64,000 nt of DNA from the human T2T-CHM13v2.0 reference genome, Homo sapiens, in assembly GCF_009914755.1 (NCBI RefSeq), contig NC_060947.1. The stretch is one strand, 5' to 3'. Below the pieces are notes generated by a model. That model was given only the letters and a program-made list of their open reading frames with translations. It searched no databases and had not been told where the DNA came from. Below are positions 33,801 through 45,688 of this stretch, piece after piece. Each line of letters starts with the position of its first letter. The stretch's first letter is position 1. Position numbers and translations under genes: made by a program.

Positions 33801-35000
33801 CCAGTGGACACTCTGTATCTAGCTAATCTGGGGGGGACTTGGACAATCTTTATGTCTAGCTAAGGGATTGTGAATACACCAATGGGCACTCTGTATCTAG
33901 CTCAAGGTTTGTCAATGCACCAATCAGCACTCTGTGTCTAGCTCAGGGTTTGTAAATACACCAATCAGCACTCTGTATCTTGCTAATCTAGTGGGGATGT
34001 GGAGAACTTTTGTGTCCGGCTCAGGGATTGTAAACGCACCAATCAGCACCCTGTCTAAATGGACCAATCAGCTCTCTGTAAAACAGACCAATCAGCTCTC
34101 TGTAAAATGGACCAATCAGCAGGATGTGGGTGGGGCCAGATAAGGGAATAAAAGCAGGCTGCCAGAGCCAGCAGTGGTAACCCGCTGGGCTTCCCTTCCA
34201 CATTGTGGAGGGTTTGTTCTTTCACTCTGTGCAATAAATCTTGTTGCTGCTCACTGTTTGGGTCCACACTGCCTTTATGAGCTGTAACACTCACGGTGAA
34301 GGTCTGCAGCTTCTCTCCTGAGGCCAGCGAGACCACGAACCCACCAGAAGGAAGAAACTCCAGACACGCTGCCTTTAAGAACTGTTAACACTCACCGAGA
34401 GGGTCCGCGGCTTCATTCTTGATGTCAGTGAGACCGAGAACCCACCAATTCCGGACACAGAGGTGCTATGGAGGTTGGGCCCACAGAGAAGATGCTCCTT
34501 GGCTCCCTGTATTCAGCTGCCTTTCTAGGAATACGTACGTACAGACAAATTTTCCACCGTGGCAGAGATCCAGGACCTGGAGTATGCAAATCTCCTGGGT
34601 CTCTAGTTGGGCCTGAGTGGCTGTTTTGCCGAGACTCCACACAGTTCTGTGTATCGGACCCAAGGCCCTGGTGGTGTGGGCTCACAGGGGATCTCCTGAT
34701 CCACAGGTTGCAAAGATCTGTGGGAAAAGCATGGCTTTCAAGGTGGATTGCATAATCACTCACCACCTCCGCTGGCTGGAGGCCGGTATTCCTTTGGCTC
34801 CACTCCACACCCTGGTGGGCTGTTACAACTCTCTGTATCTCCTTGCTCTCCATGAGTCCACGCTGCTTGCCTATTCAGTCCCAATGTAGGAATTTAGATA
34901 TTTCAGTTGAGGTTGCTGAATTTTTTTTCCCCTTTTCATTTCTCTTCATGAGCACCACAGACTGCAGCTCCTTCTAATTGGCCATCTTGCCCCTCCCTCT
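30885..35000 (-). mobile_element. 5' half of an older primate L1 (L1PA13-16/L1PBa-like): 5'UTR, ORF1, EN start
   Basis: Minus-strand ORF1 (ENFPNLARQANIQIQEIQRT); L1 5' terminus with YY1 motif AAGATGGCC at 34980-34988. Confidence 0.9.
33046..34459 (+). mobile_element. LTR12C-like solo LTR (HERV9/ERV9)
   Basis: Termini tgagaggtgacagcgtgct...ccaattccggacaca; perfect 4-bp TSD GAGG (33042-45 / 34460-63); GC-rich U3 and tandem CCAAT subrepeats ~33730-34120. Confidence 0.95.
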
Positions 35001-38000
35001 ATTCACTTTTTTTAACAATTTACTTTTTAATTGAAAAATTAAAAAAGCATATATTTATTATGTGCAATGTAGTTTTAAGGTATGAATATTTTATGGGATG
35101 GCTAAATAAAGCAAATTAATATATGCATTATTTAAAATACTTATTTTTGTGATGAGAACATTATCTATTTTCTTTGCAGTTTTCAAGAATACAATAAGTT
35201 ATTAACTATAGTCACTATGTAGTACAGTAGATCTCTTGAACTGATTTCTTCTAACTAAAATTTTGTATCTTTTGAGAAAAATCTCCAATCTTCCCTCTTC
35301 CTACACTTCGTACACTTAACTCCTGGTAATCATCTCCACTTCTACTCTCCACTTCAATGCATTCAACTTTTTTAGATTCAACATATAAGTGAAATCATAC
35401 AGTATTTGTCTCTCGGTGCCTGGCTTATTTTACTTAACATATTGTATTTTTGTTTTTTCCATGATTTCACAAATAACAAGATTTTCTTTTATTTAAAGGT
35501 AGAGTAGTATTTCATAGTGTATACATACCACATTTTTAATCCATTTATTTGTTGATGAACACTCAGATTGAGTCTATAGCTTTGCTATTGTGAATAATAC
35601 TGCAATGGACATAGTAGCTCAGATATCTCTTTAACATACTAATTTTATTTCCTTGGATTTATACCCAATAATAGAATTAATGAACCATACGGTAGTTCTT
35701 TTTTTATATGTTTTAGGAAAATCCGTGCTGTCCATACTGGTTTCCACATTGAATGTGCTAATTTATTTTCTGAAAAACAGTGTGCAAGTGTTCACTTTTT
35801 TCCAGAATTTGAGTAGCACATGTTATCTTTCACCTTTTGAATAATTGTAATCCTAATAGGTGTCAGGTGGTGTCTCATTGTCATTTTAATTTGCATTTCT
35901 TTCATAATTTGTGATTTTGAACATCTTCTCATGTACATGTTATTTGTGTGTCTTCTTTTCAGAAATGTTTATTCAGATTCTATGCCAATTATTAAATTTG
36001 TTTGTTTTAATTCTTGAGTTTCTTGAGTTTTTTAATATATTTGGACTATGAATGTTTTATTACATAAATGGTCTCCAAATACTTCCTCTTCTTCCATAAG
36101 TTTTCTCTTTGCTCTGTTGATTGTTTTTTTGGCTGTGCAGAAGCCTTTTTTTGTGATGGACTTCCCATTTGTCTATGTTTCCTTTTGTTGTCTGTGCTTT
36201 TGGTGATCATATTCCAAAAGTACAGTCAAAAAATAATTGCCCACCAAAGTCATGAAGCTCTCCCCATGTTTTTTATTAGTCCATTCTTGTATTTCTATTA
36301 AAAAAAACCTTAAAACTGGATAATTTATAAAGAAAAGAGGTTTGGTTGGCTCACAGTTCTGCAGCCTATACAGAAAGCATCAAGGCAGTATCTGCTTCTG
36401 GAGAGGCCTCAGGAAGCTTAAAATTATGGCAAAAGGCAAAGGAAGAGCAGGCATGCTACATGGTGAAAGCATAAGCAAGAGCAAGAGAGAGAGGGAGTAG
36501 GGAGGTGTCACACACTTTTAAATAACCAGATCTTGTGAGAACTCACTGTTGTGAAGACAGCACCAAGCCATGAGGGATCTGCCCCCATGATCCAAACACC
36601 TTCCACCAGGCCTGACCTTCAGCATTGGAGATTGCAATTCAACATGAGATTTGAGTAGGGACAAGTATCCAAGTTATATCATTCTTTCCCAGCCCTTCCA
36701 AATCTTATATCCTTCTCACATTGCAAAATAGAATAATGATCTTCCAACACTACCCCCAAAATCTTAACTCATTCCAAAATTAATTCCAAAGCTTAAAGTT
36801 TCACCTGAGACAAGGCAAGTACCTTCCAGCTATGAGCCTGTAAAATAAAAAACAAGTCAGTTACTTCCAAGATACGATGTGAATATGGGTATTGGGTAAA
36901 CGTGACTATTCCAAAAGGGTGCAATCTACTAAAAGAAAGGAGCTACATGCTCCATGCAAGTCTAAATCCTAGCAGACGTATATGCATTAAATCTTAAAGC
37001 TCCAGTGTAGTCATGTTTGACTTTCTGTTCCACTTCCAGGGAAACCTGTTGTGAGAGTTGGGCTCCCAAGGTCTTTCACAGCTTTGCCTCTGTGGCTTTG
37101 CACAGTTCAGCACTCATGGCTGCTCTAACAATTTGTTGAGAGCCTGTAGCTTCTTCAGGTGTAGAGTAAAAGTTGTCAGTGGATCTGCCATTCTGCAGTC
37201 TGAAGGATAGTGGCCCTCTTCTCACAGCTCCACTAGGCAGTGCCCCGCTGAGGACTCTGTTTGGGGGTTCTAATCCCACATCTACCCTCGGCACCACCAT
37301 GGTGGAGGTTTCCAATGAGAGCTCTGCCCTCCAGCATGCTTCTGCCTGAGCACTGAGGCTTTCTCATACATCCTCTGCAATTTAGGTGGAGGTTGCCAAG
37401 GCTTTTTTAATCTTGCATTCTGTGTGCCTGCAGGCTTAACACCACATGAAAGCTACCAAGGCTTATAGCTTGCACCCTCTGGAGCTGCAGCCTGAGCTGT
37501 ACCTGTGCTCCTTTGAGTCACAGTTGGAGCTGGAGTGGCTGGGATGTGGGGAGCAGTGTCCTGAGGATGTACAGGACTATGGGGCCCTGGGTCTGGACTA
37601 CAAAACCATTCAGTCCTACAAGGCATCTGGTCCTGTTGTGGGAGAAGCTGCCACAAAGTTTTCTGAATTGCCTTCTATGTCTTTTCCCTCATTGTCTTGG
37701 ATATTTACATTTGGCTCCCTTTTAGTTATGTAAATATGTCTAGCAATTTGTTGCCCCACAGATTGCTTGAATTCTTCTCCTCAAAAGAGGCTTTCTTTTC
37801 CACCACATGGCCAGGCTGAAAATTTTCCAAACACTTACACTCTGCTTCTATTTTAAATATAAGTTCCAGCTTTTATAAGTCATTTATTTGCTCCCACATC
37901 TTAGTGTAGGCTGATAGAGATAGCCAGGCCACATCTTGAACAATTTGCTGCTTAGATGCTTCTTCTTTCAGATACCCAACATCATCATTCTCAAGCTGAA

Positions 38001-38696
38001 ACTTCTACAGAGCCCTAAAGCATAAAAAGAATGCAGCCAAGTTTTCTTAAGGCATTACATGCATAATATTTGCTCCAGTTTCCAACAGGTTTATCATTTC
38101 CATTTGAGACCTCATCAAGCTGGACTTCACTGTCTGTTTACCATCAGAATTTCTGTCACAATTATTTTATCAGTCTCTAAAAAATTGCAAATTTCCCTCA
38201 TATTTCTGTACTCTTCTTAGCCCTCCAAACTCTTCCATCCTCTGCCCATTACCCAGTACTAAATACACTTCCATATAATCAGGTACCTTTATAGCAAAGC
38301 CCTACTTCGTGGTACAAATTTTCTTTATTAGTTTGATTTGCATTGCTATGAAAAATACCTGAGGCTGGGAATTTTTTTTTGAAGTTTTAATTGGCTCACT
38401 GCTCTGCAGGCTGTATAGGAAGCATAGGGTTGGCATCTGCTTCTGGAGAGACCTCAGACAGTTTACAATCATGGCAGATGTTGAAGGAGGAGCAAGAGCA
38501 TTATACGATAAAAGTAGGGGCAATAGCAAGAGGAGGGGAGGTGCCACACACTTTTAAATGACCAGATCTCACTAGAATTGTATTATAAAGACAACGCCAA
38601 GCAATGAGGGATCCTATCTCATGACTCAAACACCTCCTACAAGGCCTCATCTCCAGGATTGAGGATTACAATTCAACATGAGATTTGGCTAGGGAC

Positions 38697-40339
38697 TGAT
38701 ATGGTTTGGCTGTGTCCCCACTCAAATCTCATCTTGAATTGTAACTCCCATAATTCCCACATGTCATGGGAGGAACCTGGTGGGAGATAATTGAATCATG
38801 AAGGAGGGTCTTTCCTATGCTGTTCTTGTGATAGTAAATAAGTCTCAAAAGATCTTTAAAAATCACAAGATTTAAAAATTTAAAATTTAATTAAATTTAA
38901 ATTAGATTAATATGATTTAAATTAAGTTAATTCATTTTAACTTAGTTTAAATTAAAATTAAAATTTAAAATTTAAAAATCACAAGATTTTTAAAAGATGG
39001 TTTTAAAAATGAGAGTTTCTCTACACAAGCTCTCTCTTTGCCTGCTGCCATTCCCATAAGATGTGACTTGCTCCTCCTTGCTTTCCACCATAATTGTGAG
39101 GCCTCTCTGGCCACGTGGAACTGTAAGTCCATCAAACGCTTTTCTTTTGTAAATTGCCAAGTCTAAGGTACGTCTTTATCAGCACCATAAAAACTGACTA
39201 ATACGGTAAATTGGTAAAAGTAGAGAGGGGCGCTGCTCTAGATACCCAAAAATGTGGAAGTGACTTTGGAACTGGGTAACAGGCAGGGGCTGCAACAGTT
39301 TGGAGGGCTCAGAAGAAGACTGGAAAATGTGAAAAAGTTTGGAACTTCCTAGAGACTTGTTAAATGGCTTTGACCAAAATGCTGATAGTGATATGGACAG
39401 TGGAACAGGCTGAGGTGGTCTCAGATAGAGATGAGAAACTTGTTGGGAACTGGAGAAAATGTGACTCTTGCTATGTTTTAGCAAGGAGACTGGCAGCATT
39501 TTGCCTCTGCTCTAGAGATTTGTGGAACATTGAACTTGAGGAAAATTATTTAGGGTACCTAGCAGAAAAAATTTATAAGCAGCAAAGCATTCAAGAACTG
39601 ATTTGGGTGCTGCTAAAAGCGTTCAGTTTAAAAAGGAAAGGAAAACAGGGCATAAAAGTTCAGATAATTTGCAGCCTGACAATGCAATGGAAAAGAAAAA
39701 CCTATTTTCTGAGGAGAAATTCAAGCCTGCTAAAGAAATTTGGATAATTTACAAGGAGCCAAATGTTAATTGCGAAGACAATGGGGAAAATGTCTCCAGG
39801 GCGTGTCAAGTCTTCACGTCAGCCCCTCCCATCACAAACCTGGAGCCTAGGAGTAAATAACGGTTTTGTGGGCTGGGCTCAGGGCACCTCCTGCTCTGTG
39901 TAGCCTGGGGACTTGGTGCCCTATGTCCTAGCCACTTCCGCCATGGCTGAAAGGGGCCAACAGATCTCGAGCCTTGGCTTCAGAGAGTTCAAGCCTCAAG
40001 CCTTGACAGCTTCCATGTGGTGTTGAGCCTGTGAGTACACAGAAGTCAAGAATTGGGGGCAAGGCACAGTGGCTCACGCCTGTAATACCAGCACTTTGGG
40101 AGGCTGAGGTGGGTGAATCATCTGAGTTCAAGAGTTTCAGACCAGCCTGGCCAACATGGTGAAACCCCGTCTCTACCAAAAATATAAAAAATTAGCTGGG
40201 TGTGGTGGTGCATGCCTGTAACCCCAGCTACTCAGGAGGCTGAGTCAGGAGAATTGCTTGAACCTGTGAGGTGGAGGTGGCAGTGAGCCAAGATTGTGCC
40301 ACTGCACACCAGCCTGGGCGACAGAGCGAGACTCCATCT

Positions 40340-40374
<35 letters not shown>

Positions 40375-41433
40375 ATTGGGGTTTGGGAACCTCCACCTAA
40401 ATTTCAGAGGATGTATGGAAATGCCTGAATGTCCAGGAAGAAATTTGTTGCAGAGGTGGGGCCCTTATGGAGAACCTATGCTAAGGCAGTGTGGAAGGGA
40501 AATGTTGCATTGGTGCCCCCACACAGAGTCCCTACTGGGGCACTGCTTAGTGTAGCTGTGAGAAGAGGGCCACCATGCTCCAAATTCCAGAATAGTAGAT
40601 CCACTGACAGCTTGCACTGTGCACCTGGAAAAGCTGAAGATACTCAAAGCCAGCCCATGAAAGCAATCAGGAGGAAGGCTGTGCCCTGCAAAGCAACAGG
40701 GGCAGAGCTGCCCAAGACCATGGGAACCCATTTCTTGAAAGGACATCATTTTGGAGTTTTAACATTTGACTGACTTGCTGGATTTTGGACTTGCATGGGG
40801 CCAGTAGCCCCTTTGTTTTGGCCAATTTCTTTCATTTAGAATGGCTGTATTTACCCAATGCCTGTACCTTGCATTGTATCTAGGAAGTAACCTACTTGAT
40901 TTTGATTTCCCAGGCTCATAGGTGGAAGCGACTTGGCCTTGTCTCAGTTGGGACTTTGGACTGTGGACTTTTGAGTTAATGCTGAAATGAGTTAAGACTT
41001 TGAGGGATTGTTGGGAAGGCATGATCGGTTTTGAAATGTGAGGACATGAGATTTGGGAGGGTCCAGGGACAGAATAATATGGTTTGGCTGTGTCTCCACC
41101 CAAATCTCATCTTAAATTGTAACCCTCACAATTCCCAGATGATGTGGGAGAAACCCAGTGTGAGGTAATTGAATCATGAAGGTGGGTCTTTCCTGTGCTG
41201 TTCTCATGATAGTGAATAAGTCTGATGGCTTTAAAAATGGGAATTTTCCTGCACAAACTCTCTCTTTGCCTGATGCCATACATGTAAGACATGACTTGCT
41301 CCTCCTTGCCTTCTGCCACTATTGTGAGGCCTCCCCAACCACGTGGAACTATAAGTCCATTAAACCTCTTTATTTTGTAAATTGCCCAGTCTCGGGTATG
41401 TCTTTATCAGCAGTGTGAAAACAGACTAATACA
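38697..41433 (+). mobile_element. Full-length THE1 (B/C-like) MaLR inside the MST LTR (LTRs 38697-39205 and 41075-41433)
   Basis: tgatatggtttggctgtgtcccc...actaataca termini; THE1 internal region. Confidence 0.92.
40058..40370 (+). mobile_element. AluS (Sx/Sq-like) in THE1 internal region
   Basis: TSD aagaattggg (40048-40057 / 40371-40380). Confidence 0.92.
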
Positions 41434-43557
41434 GGGTGGAGACAATACACAAACAATATCAGTTTTCTTCCAGTAATTTTATAGTTTCAGATCTTATCTT
41501 TAAGTCTTATATCCACTTTGATTTAATTTTTTATATGGTGTGAAATAAGAGTGTAATTTCACTCTTCTGCAGTTGGATATCCAGTTTTCTCAGCATTATT
41601 CATTAAAGAGACTGATTTCTCCCCATTATGTGTCCTTGGCAGCCTTGCTGAAAATCAGCTGACCTTAACTATGTGGATTTATTTCTGGGATCTCTATTAT
41701 ATTCCATTAAGCTATGTGCCTGATTTTATATGAGTATCATGCTTGTTTGATTTCTATGGCTTTATATTTTTTTTGAAGTGGTAGTATGATGCTTTGAGGT
41801 TTGTTCTTTTGGCTAAAAATTGCTTTACATGTTTGGTAACTATTGTGATTCCATATGAATTTTAAAATGATGTTTTCTATTTCCATGTAAAATGTCCTTG
41901 ATATTTTGATAGTGATTTCATTGAATCTGTATAGCACATTGGATAGCATGAACATTTTAACAACATTAATTATCCCAATCCATGAACATATGATATCTTT
42001 CCATTTATTCGTGTCTTCTTCAACTTCTTTTATCAAAGTTTGATAGTATTCAATGTACAGATCTGTCAACTCCATGGTTAAATGTACTCATAAGTTTTTT
42101 ACTGTTTGTAGCTACTTTAAATTAATTTTTTCTTGATTTCCTTTTTAGATAGTTTGTTGTTAGTTTATCAAAACACTGCTGAATTCCTTTTGTTGATTTT
42201 TACAATCTAAATTTTACTGAATTTATTTATAGTTCTCACAATTTTGGGTAGAGTTTTTACAATGTTCTATACATAAGATTATGTAAACAAGAACAATTTA
42301 ACTTTTTTTTGGTTCTATTTGGAGTCTTTAACATCTCCCTCTTGTCTAATTGCTCTGGCTGGTACTTCTAGTACCACATTGAACAGAAGTGGCAATAATA
42401 ATTATTCTTGTCTTTTCCCTGATCTTAGAGACAAACTGTTACACTTTTCACCATTGAGTATGATAGATATAAATTTCTTATGTAAAGCCTTTATTGTTTT
42501 CAGGTTAATTATTTTTATGCCTTTTATCTTGATAGTTTTTTATTCACAAATTGATGTTAAGTTTTGTCAAATGATTGTTTTGTATCTATTTATATGCTCA
42601 TATAAATTTTGTCCATTTTGTTAATCTGATGTTTCAAAATTATCAATTTGTGTGTGCTGAAACATTATTGCATTCCTGGAATAAATCCCACATGAGATGG
42701 TGAAGTATTATTTTAACTTGCTGTTAAATTTGGTTTGTTCATATTTTCAAATCTCTGTTTATGTGGGATATTAGCCTAGAGTGTTTACTTTTTTTCTTTT
42801 TTTCTTTTTTTTCTTGTAGTGTCCATGTCTGACTTTGGTATCTGGGTTATGCTGGGCTTGGAAAATGAGTTTGAAAGTATTTTCTTTTTTTATTTTTTAG
42901 AACAGTTAGACAAGAATTGGTATTGGTTATTCAATGTTTGGTCAGAATTAACAGAGGAGTCAGCAGGTCTTAGGTTTTTCTTCCATGAGAAATATATTAT
43001 TAATGTTTCAATCCCTTTATGCATTATTGTTATTTTCACAATTTCTGTTTCTTTGTGATTCATCTTAAGTTGTGTGTGTCTAGGAATGTATCTGTTTCTT
43101 CTAGGTTACCTAGTTTGTTAGCATATAATTTTTAATACTTTTGTATTATTCATTGTATTTCTGTTATATCAATTGTAATATATTTTCTTTCATTGCTGAT
43201 TTTACTTGAGAATTTTCTATTGGTGTCTTAGTCTAGCTAAAATCTTGTTAATTTTGTTTAAATTTTCTAAAAGGAGCAACTCAGTTTTGTTGATTTCTTT
43301 CTATTCTTTTTGTAGTGTCTATTTCACTTATTTCTGTTCCAATCTTTATTAGTTATTTCTTTCTGCTAACTTTGGGCTTAGGTTGTTCTTTATTTTCTAG
43401 TTTGTTGAGATATAACATTAGGTTGTTCATTTTATATCTTTTTGCTTTTTTTGATATACATGGTAATTGCTACAAACTTCCATCTTGGAATTGCATTTGT
43501 TGCATCCCACATTTCTTGATATGTTGTGTTTTATTTTGTTTCCTCCAGATACTTTTA

Positions 43558-45042
43558 CTTTTTCACATTTTATTTTAAATTCAGAAGGTGCATGTGTGAG
43601 TTTGTTACCTGGATATATTGTGTAATGGTGAGGTTTGGGATATAAATGATTTTGTTACTTAAGTACTGATCATAGTACCCAACCGTTTGTTTTTCAACCA
43701 TTGCACCTCTCCCTTCCTTCCTCCCTCCCTCCCTCCTCTAGCAGTCCTCTGTGTTTATTGTTGCCGTCTCTGTGTCCATGAGTTCTTGATGTTTAGCTTC
43801 CACTTATAAGTGATATAATGTGGTATTTGGTTTTCTGTTCCTGCATTAATTCACTTAGAATAATGGCCTCCACCTCCATCCATGTTGCTGCAAACAACAT
43901 AATTTTATTCTTTTTATCGCTGAATAATATTCCATGGTGTATATATACCATATTTTCTTATCCACTCTACCATTGATGGACACCTAATTTGAGTCCATTT
44001 CTTTGCTATTGTGAATAGTGTGGAGATGAACAAACAAGTACATGTGTCTCTTTGGTAGTATAATTTATTTTCTTTTGGATACATATCCAGTAATGGGATT
44101 GCTGGGTCAAAAAATAATTCAGTTTAAGTTCTTCGAGAAATCTCCAAACTGCTTTCCACAGTGGCTGAAGTAATTTACATTTTCACCAACAGTGTATAAG
44201 CATCTCCGTTTCTCTGAAGCCTCACCAATATCTGTTGCTTTCTGACTTTTTAATAATAGGCAATCTAGTTGGCATGATTGTATCTCCTTGTGGTTTTGAC
44301 TTGCATTTCTCTGAAGATTAGTGATGATGAGCATTTTTTTCATAGGTTTGTGGGCTACTTGTGTGTCTTCTTTTGAGAAATATCTGTTTATGTCCTTTGT
44401 CCACTTTTTAACGGGGTTGTTTGCTTTTTCCTTGTTGATTGTTTAAGTTTCTTATAGATTCTGATATTAGTCCTTTGTTGGATGCATAGTTTGAAAATAT
44501 TTTCTGCCATCCTGTAGGTTGTCTGTTTACTCTATTGATCATTTCTTTTGCTGTGCAGAAGCTTTTTATTTTAATTAGGTCTCACTGGTCAATTTTTGTT
44601 TCTGTTGCAATTGCTTTTGAGGACTTAGTCATAAAATCTTTCTCAAGGCCCAGGTCCAAAATGCTGTTTCTAAGACTTTTCTCTAAGATTCTTATACTTT
44701 GAGGTTTTAGATTTAATACTTTAATTCATCTTGAATTAACTTTTGCATTTGGTGAAAGGCAGGTGTTCAGTTTCATTCTTCCACATCTGGTTAGCCAGCT
44801 ATCCCAGCACCATTTATTGAATGGAGAGTCTTTTTCTTGTTTCTTATTTTTTGACTTTGTTGAAGATTAAATGACTGTAGGTGTTTGGCTGTATTTTGGG
44901 GTTCTCTATTCTGTTCCATTGGTTTGTGTGTCTGTTTCTGTACCAGAACTGTGCTATTTTGGTTACTGTAGGCTTAGAGCATAGTTGGAGGTCAGGTAAT
45001 GTGATGCCCTTAGCTTTGTTGTCTTGGCTTAGGACTGCTTTT
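43558..45042 (-). mobile_element. 5'-truncated L1 (L1PA16/L1PB1-like) inserted in older L1M
   Basis: Reverse 3'UTR and ORF2 end; degraded TSD ctccagatactttta / ctccaggtatgttta. Confidence 0.85.
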
Positions 45043-45688
45043 GTCTCCAGGTATGTTTAAATTTCTTTTTTAATTTCTTAATTGATTCATTGGTTGTTCA
45101 GAAGCATATCGTTCAATTTTCGTGAATTTGTAAGTTTTCCAAATTTATAATTTTTCAAATTTATTATGTTATTGATTTCTATTTTTATTTCATTGCTATT
45201 AGAAATGTTACTTGATACAGTTTCAATCATTTAAAATTTGCTGATTTTTTTCATGGACTAAAATTTGATCCAACTTGGAGAATGTTCCATGTGCACTTAG
45301 GAAGAATGTGTATTTTGATACCATTGAATGGAATGTTATGTATATGTCAGGTTCATTTGATTTAAAGTGCAGCTTAATTCCAATGTTTCCTTATTGATTT
45401 TCTGTCTCTATGATATATCCATTTTTGATAGTAGTGTACTAAATTTGTGCTTTTATTTTTTGTATTACTCAGCTTTAGATTTCGTTTGACTTTTTAAAAT
45501 AATTTTATTCTCTGTTAAATTTCTGGTTTTGTTTACTTATTATTCTCCTAATTTTATTAATAGTGTCTGTATTTTCTTGAAGTTTTGAGATTTTTCTGAA
45601 GATAACTGTTCGTAATTATTTTTCAGGCAGTTTGTATGCCTCCATTTTGGGGGGTCAGCTAGGGGAGATTACTGTGTCCTTTTGGTGA

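Larger units (their letters stand above)
36272..41461 (-). mobile_element. Full-length MSTA-like MaLR (LTR 36272-36681, internal 36682-38323, LTR 38324-38696 + 41434-41461)
   Basis: Two colinear LTRs; ~1.64 kb internal region; gtttt TSD at both ends; host L1 rejoins. Confidence 0.9.

Noticed and set aside
33730-34120. Regularly spaced repeats superficially like a CRISPR array
   Set aside because: Known LTR12 CCAAT enhancer subrepeats without unique spacers; eukaryotic DNA.
39102-41343. PRDM9 13-mer (CCNCCNTNNCCNC) position in THE1 LTRs
   Set aside because: The copies read CCTCTCTGGCCAC and CCTCCCCAACCAC, and the THE1D copies CCTCCTCAGCCAT; none matches fully.
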